Of a stretch of 64,000 nt of DNA, positions 60,335 to 64,000 are shown piece after piece. This DNA comes from Amphiscolops sp. MND2022 (Eukaryota). Each line of letters begins with the position of its first letter. The stretch's first letter is position 1. Both the position numbers and the translations under genes were made by a program. The DNA lies in the NCBI GenBank assembly GCA_964187785.1, contig OZ076415.1:53320001-53384000 (forward strand), written 5' to 3'. The notes under the pieces were generated by a model, which was given only the letters and a program-made list of their open reading frames with translations, did no database searches and had not been told where the DNA came from.

Positions 60335-62739
60335 TTTTCACTTGACGGAAAGCATTTTGAGGAAGAATTGACGCCTTAACAATTCAATGTTTGTTAGACG
60401 TGCAGAAAAAATTTTCAAATGCCGGACTGCTAGGAGTCAGTTTGACCAGATATTGTGATTTTGAACTGATCCAATTTTATCTTGAGGATTTTAATCGGTT
60501 ACATCATTGTTCTAACCATGAAAAGAAACCTCATTAGATTGAAACATTTCACGTCCACTCCCATTCTTCTATTCATTAAAAAATGTTAAAAAATTCATTC
60601 CAATAAAAGTTCTCTAAAAACTCGCTTCTTTCCTAAATCTTCAATAAAAACTGTGAAACATCTGCCATACATTTTCATTCTTCTTTTCATTGAAAATTTA
60701 TTTTCAATTCTCGTCGAACAAAAGTTCATCTGAGAATCCATTCGTTTCTTCCATTTTTACTGAAACAAAAGTTCAGGATAAAAAACACAAGTGAAGGGGA
60801 GCAAGTCGGGACCGGCCCAAGTTGGCATCCCACTCAAGTTTCAAAAAACAGGTTCTAAAATGCTAAGGACACCTTTGTTAAAATTTCATCAATTTCGCCG
60901 AAAAAAACATGAAGGGATACGCATTGGGCTCGAAAACAACATTTTCACTGCAACAACAAAAACCCATTTTTTTCGAAAATTATTTCTTCGGAAAAAGTGT
61001 CAAAGTGCCGAAAATGGAGCTTTAAGGGGACACTATCAAGAAGTTTTATCAAAATTACAATACCAAAAATAACCGAAGGAAACCCATAAGACTCAAAAGC
61101 CGTGTTTTCCGTAACTCGGAACATCAAAAAAGATTAGGAATATTTTTTTCAATTTTGTTCTGGAAACGTCTGAGCGCCTGAAAACCCAAACGCAGACCCC
61201 TCAAGTTTTTTGCAAGCCGACAACATTCGTGAAAGTGAAGGAGGTACACTTTGATCATAAAAATTTTTTTCGAAAAAGAAGTCGCAAGTGCCGAAAAAAG
61301 AGTAGGTCTTTTCCACAAAAATTGCGAAAAATCTCATCTAGCACCGGGACCAAAAGTGATCAATGAGGTCACCATTAGGACTCAGAAAAGGGTTTTGATT
61401 GTGGAAAACCTTTTAAAAAAAGTAAATTGTATGGAAACGTTTTTTCGAAAAAAATCTTTCCGAAAATTCTTCGGTTATGGTGTCGAAAAACTGTAATGAG
61501 GCCCTCCACTCTCGCAAAACGCTTTGTTTCTAAAAGAACTCACTGTATCAAACTAACAAAAAAAAATTCGAAACATTTTTCAAAGTCCAAACTACCGGAC
61601 TGGCAGGCCGGGCGCCCGCAATTTCACTTGAAAAGAATTAGTTATCCCTTCATCATAGGCAGATATTAAAAACAGATATCAAGGACAAAGGACCTTATAG
61701 ATGAGCAAATTAGTTTCAACCAGGACTGGCAAAAACGTGTTTTTGACCCGAATGAAACAAACACCGTGTTTTGTAATCAAAAACATATTCAATTGTTCTT
61801 TGTTGTTTTTGCTTCCTTTTTGTTGCAAAGGAGTGTTGACAGCTTAAATCCAATGCACAAAGAGAGTACAATCATTCAGCGTTCAACTATTTGAAGTAAA
61901 ATGCAAATGCCTGTGATTCATCACAAGTACAACAGCGCTACCAAACCAAAACCATGTGAATAAAGTCTGAAAGATCAATGTTTTTCAATCAAAAAAGCCT
62001 GAATAGTAAGTCAGAAATTGCCGGCAAATACCTAAACGTGAAAAAATCAAAAGCCTTTTAAATCATGGTCCCGGAAAAAGCTACAAAATCTACACAGCAG
62101 GAGATCTTGAATCTAGACTTCACAGCATATAAGCTAAGTTGTCTTTTCTCTGGATTGCAATTCTTTTTGTTCTCCCAATTGCATAGTCTTTCAACGGAGT
62201 TTATTTTCCCTTTTACAGTTGCTGAAAGCTCCTAAAAGTCAGATACTATAGCCAGATACTGAAGTCAAGAAGTTCTTATTTTGCTATTTGTCGAAATGAG
62301 CTATACTGTTTGTGAAAATGGGTGATGTTATCACTTGGTCTGGAGGTGCATATCGTGGCTTGTGCATAATATATGAGGCCAAAAGCAGCATGGATTTAGC
62401 TAGTGATACAACACATCAAAGTAACTGCCTCAGGCAGATTGAAACGCTAATGAAATAACAGTTGAGCGAAATTCATTCATTAGATTCCCAAAAGTATGCA
62501 ACTATGCAAGTCGATGAAAATGAAGCAACTGTAACATCTCCTTCAGATCTGAATTCCAAATTATCTGAAATTTCCAGATTATTATTTTTGATATTATTAT
62601 TTTTTTTATTTTTACTATCAGATCTGAAATTACCAAATATTCATGAATATTGACAAAACAAAACGTTTCCTTGATCTTGATAACTTATGCCAAACCGCTG
62701 AATCTACTGGCATTGGAACTGCTGCTTCCTCGCATACCC

Positions 62740-63960
62740 TCAGCAAAACACGATTACCATAACTGAATCTTCCTACTTTCAGTGGCAATTACATAAACTG
62801 GACGTCTTTCACTGATCTTTTTAACAGCTCCGTTGATTCAAATGCTATTTCGACACGTTCGCAAAACTTGTAACTTTAAGAACTTTATTAAAGGCTGACG
62901 CTGCCAATTTTACTGTAACGGATAACAAATATGAAAAAAAACCTCCGGGGCACTTTATGATTTCTGCTTTAATCTTTCATTGTGAAAAGAATCATATCTG
63001 AATACCAATACACTCCTGTTTAAACATTATTCAGCGCACAATTAATCGATGTACCAGTTTATACCGCCTTTAAATCTGTTGTCTAAAGAATTTGTACATG
63101 TAAATATCATCAAGTATTTTTTGTTGACTAGAATCAATTCTATCTTTCAGTTGTAATGGTAGTAAATCTCGGACTAAAGCAAATATATATTTGAATGCAG
63201 GCGAAGCTCTCCGCTAAAAAATATTTAACACTCATTCGCTTCATCTCAAAAACTCGGAGCAACGAAAGCACAATTACGAACATTCGCTCGTTTAATCTCA
63301 ATGACGTCAGCATACGAATGCATAATTACCACTCGCTCGTTCCATCGCACGAGAATTGAATTGTCGTAGGCAACTTGAGAAATTTATTTCTCTCGCTTAC
63401 AGTCACTGCCGAACAAAATATCTGAATTATTCAGTATCGTGCGAGTTCTTTACTGAAAAAAAATAGATAACTTCAGATTTCATTATATTCCTGCTATCGC
63501 AGAAATCATAATAACACTCGAAGTTCCGGAAAAAAACGTTATGACAACCCACGTATGATTGCTCGAGCTCACGTTCGAAGCATCTTCGAATTGCCAAAGA
63601 TGAGAAACGACAGTGGCAAGGACTTTCGGAATCTAAATGAGGGAAAAGAAGAACATCGTTTAAGTTTGCAAGTATGGGGTCTGCCAGCGGAGCGTTACGA
63701 TCTCCTGCTCAGTTTCTTTATTGCAAAGGGGCCAGACATAGAAACTCGACGACAGTGGCACAAACATACGATCACGAAATGTATTCATTGAGACAAGATG
63801 CAAGGCTCGCAAAGCATCAACGCCCAGTGTGAAACAATTTAACACAAAACGAATACATCAATAGCAACAGAACATTCGAAATCACGATTAAAGTTATACT
63901 GGAAGACAATCCATCGTTACTTGCCTTTGTTGTGGACTAGAACACGAGCTTCACACTTGT
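62740..63960 (+). pseudogene. BEL/Pao retrotransposon gag remnant interrupted by ~0.6 kb unrelated sequence
   Basis: LNLPTFSGNYINWTSFTDLFNSSVDSN (~62760-62850, DUF1759-like) and IFELPKMRNDSGKDFRNL...LPAERYDLLLSFFI..GPDIETRRQW (63555-63790). Confidence 0.65.
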
Positions 63961-64000
63961 TCAAAGCACAATCAACTGATTTTTGACAAAAAAAGTCTGC

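Overview
AT-rich eukaryotic (animal-like) DNA made almost entirely of nested, mostly decayed mobile elements, plus one intact host-type gene. No rRNA, tRNA or CRISPR was seen. (1) 1-4170 (-): APE+RT non-LTR retrotransposon with a 2A-like 'DVQQNPGP' peptide and a PHD finger ahead of the endonuclease, inserted into the 5' LTR of the next element. (2) 4169-20882 (+): a very large Gypsy/Ty3 LTR element. Its LTR (at least 1.87 kb, possibly up to ~8.6 kb) ends 186 codons inside the gag ORF. The element also carries a multi-intron antisense Zn-finger gene and an extra ~314-codon sense ORF. (3) ~26045-46995 (-): a fossil Maverick/Polinton (adintovirus-like) virus with pPolB, A32-type ATPase, major and minor capsid, core protein and adenain-like protease. 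It has no visible integrase, is bracketed by an imperfect inverted repeat, and carries a 9-copy hairpin array, a small spliced PPxY gene and PLA2-like and PC4-like candidates. (4) 50322-56267 (-): a 5.9-kb Gypsy element with both LTRs, PBS and PPT. (5) 59414-60334 (-): intact intronless secreted PAN/Apple + C-type lectin gene. The rest is MITE/foldback elements, tandem arrays and hAT and BEL/Pao remnants. All protein family calls come from motifs read by eye; no database searches were run.
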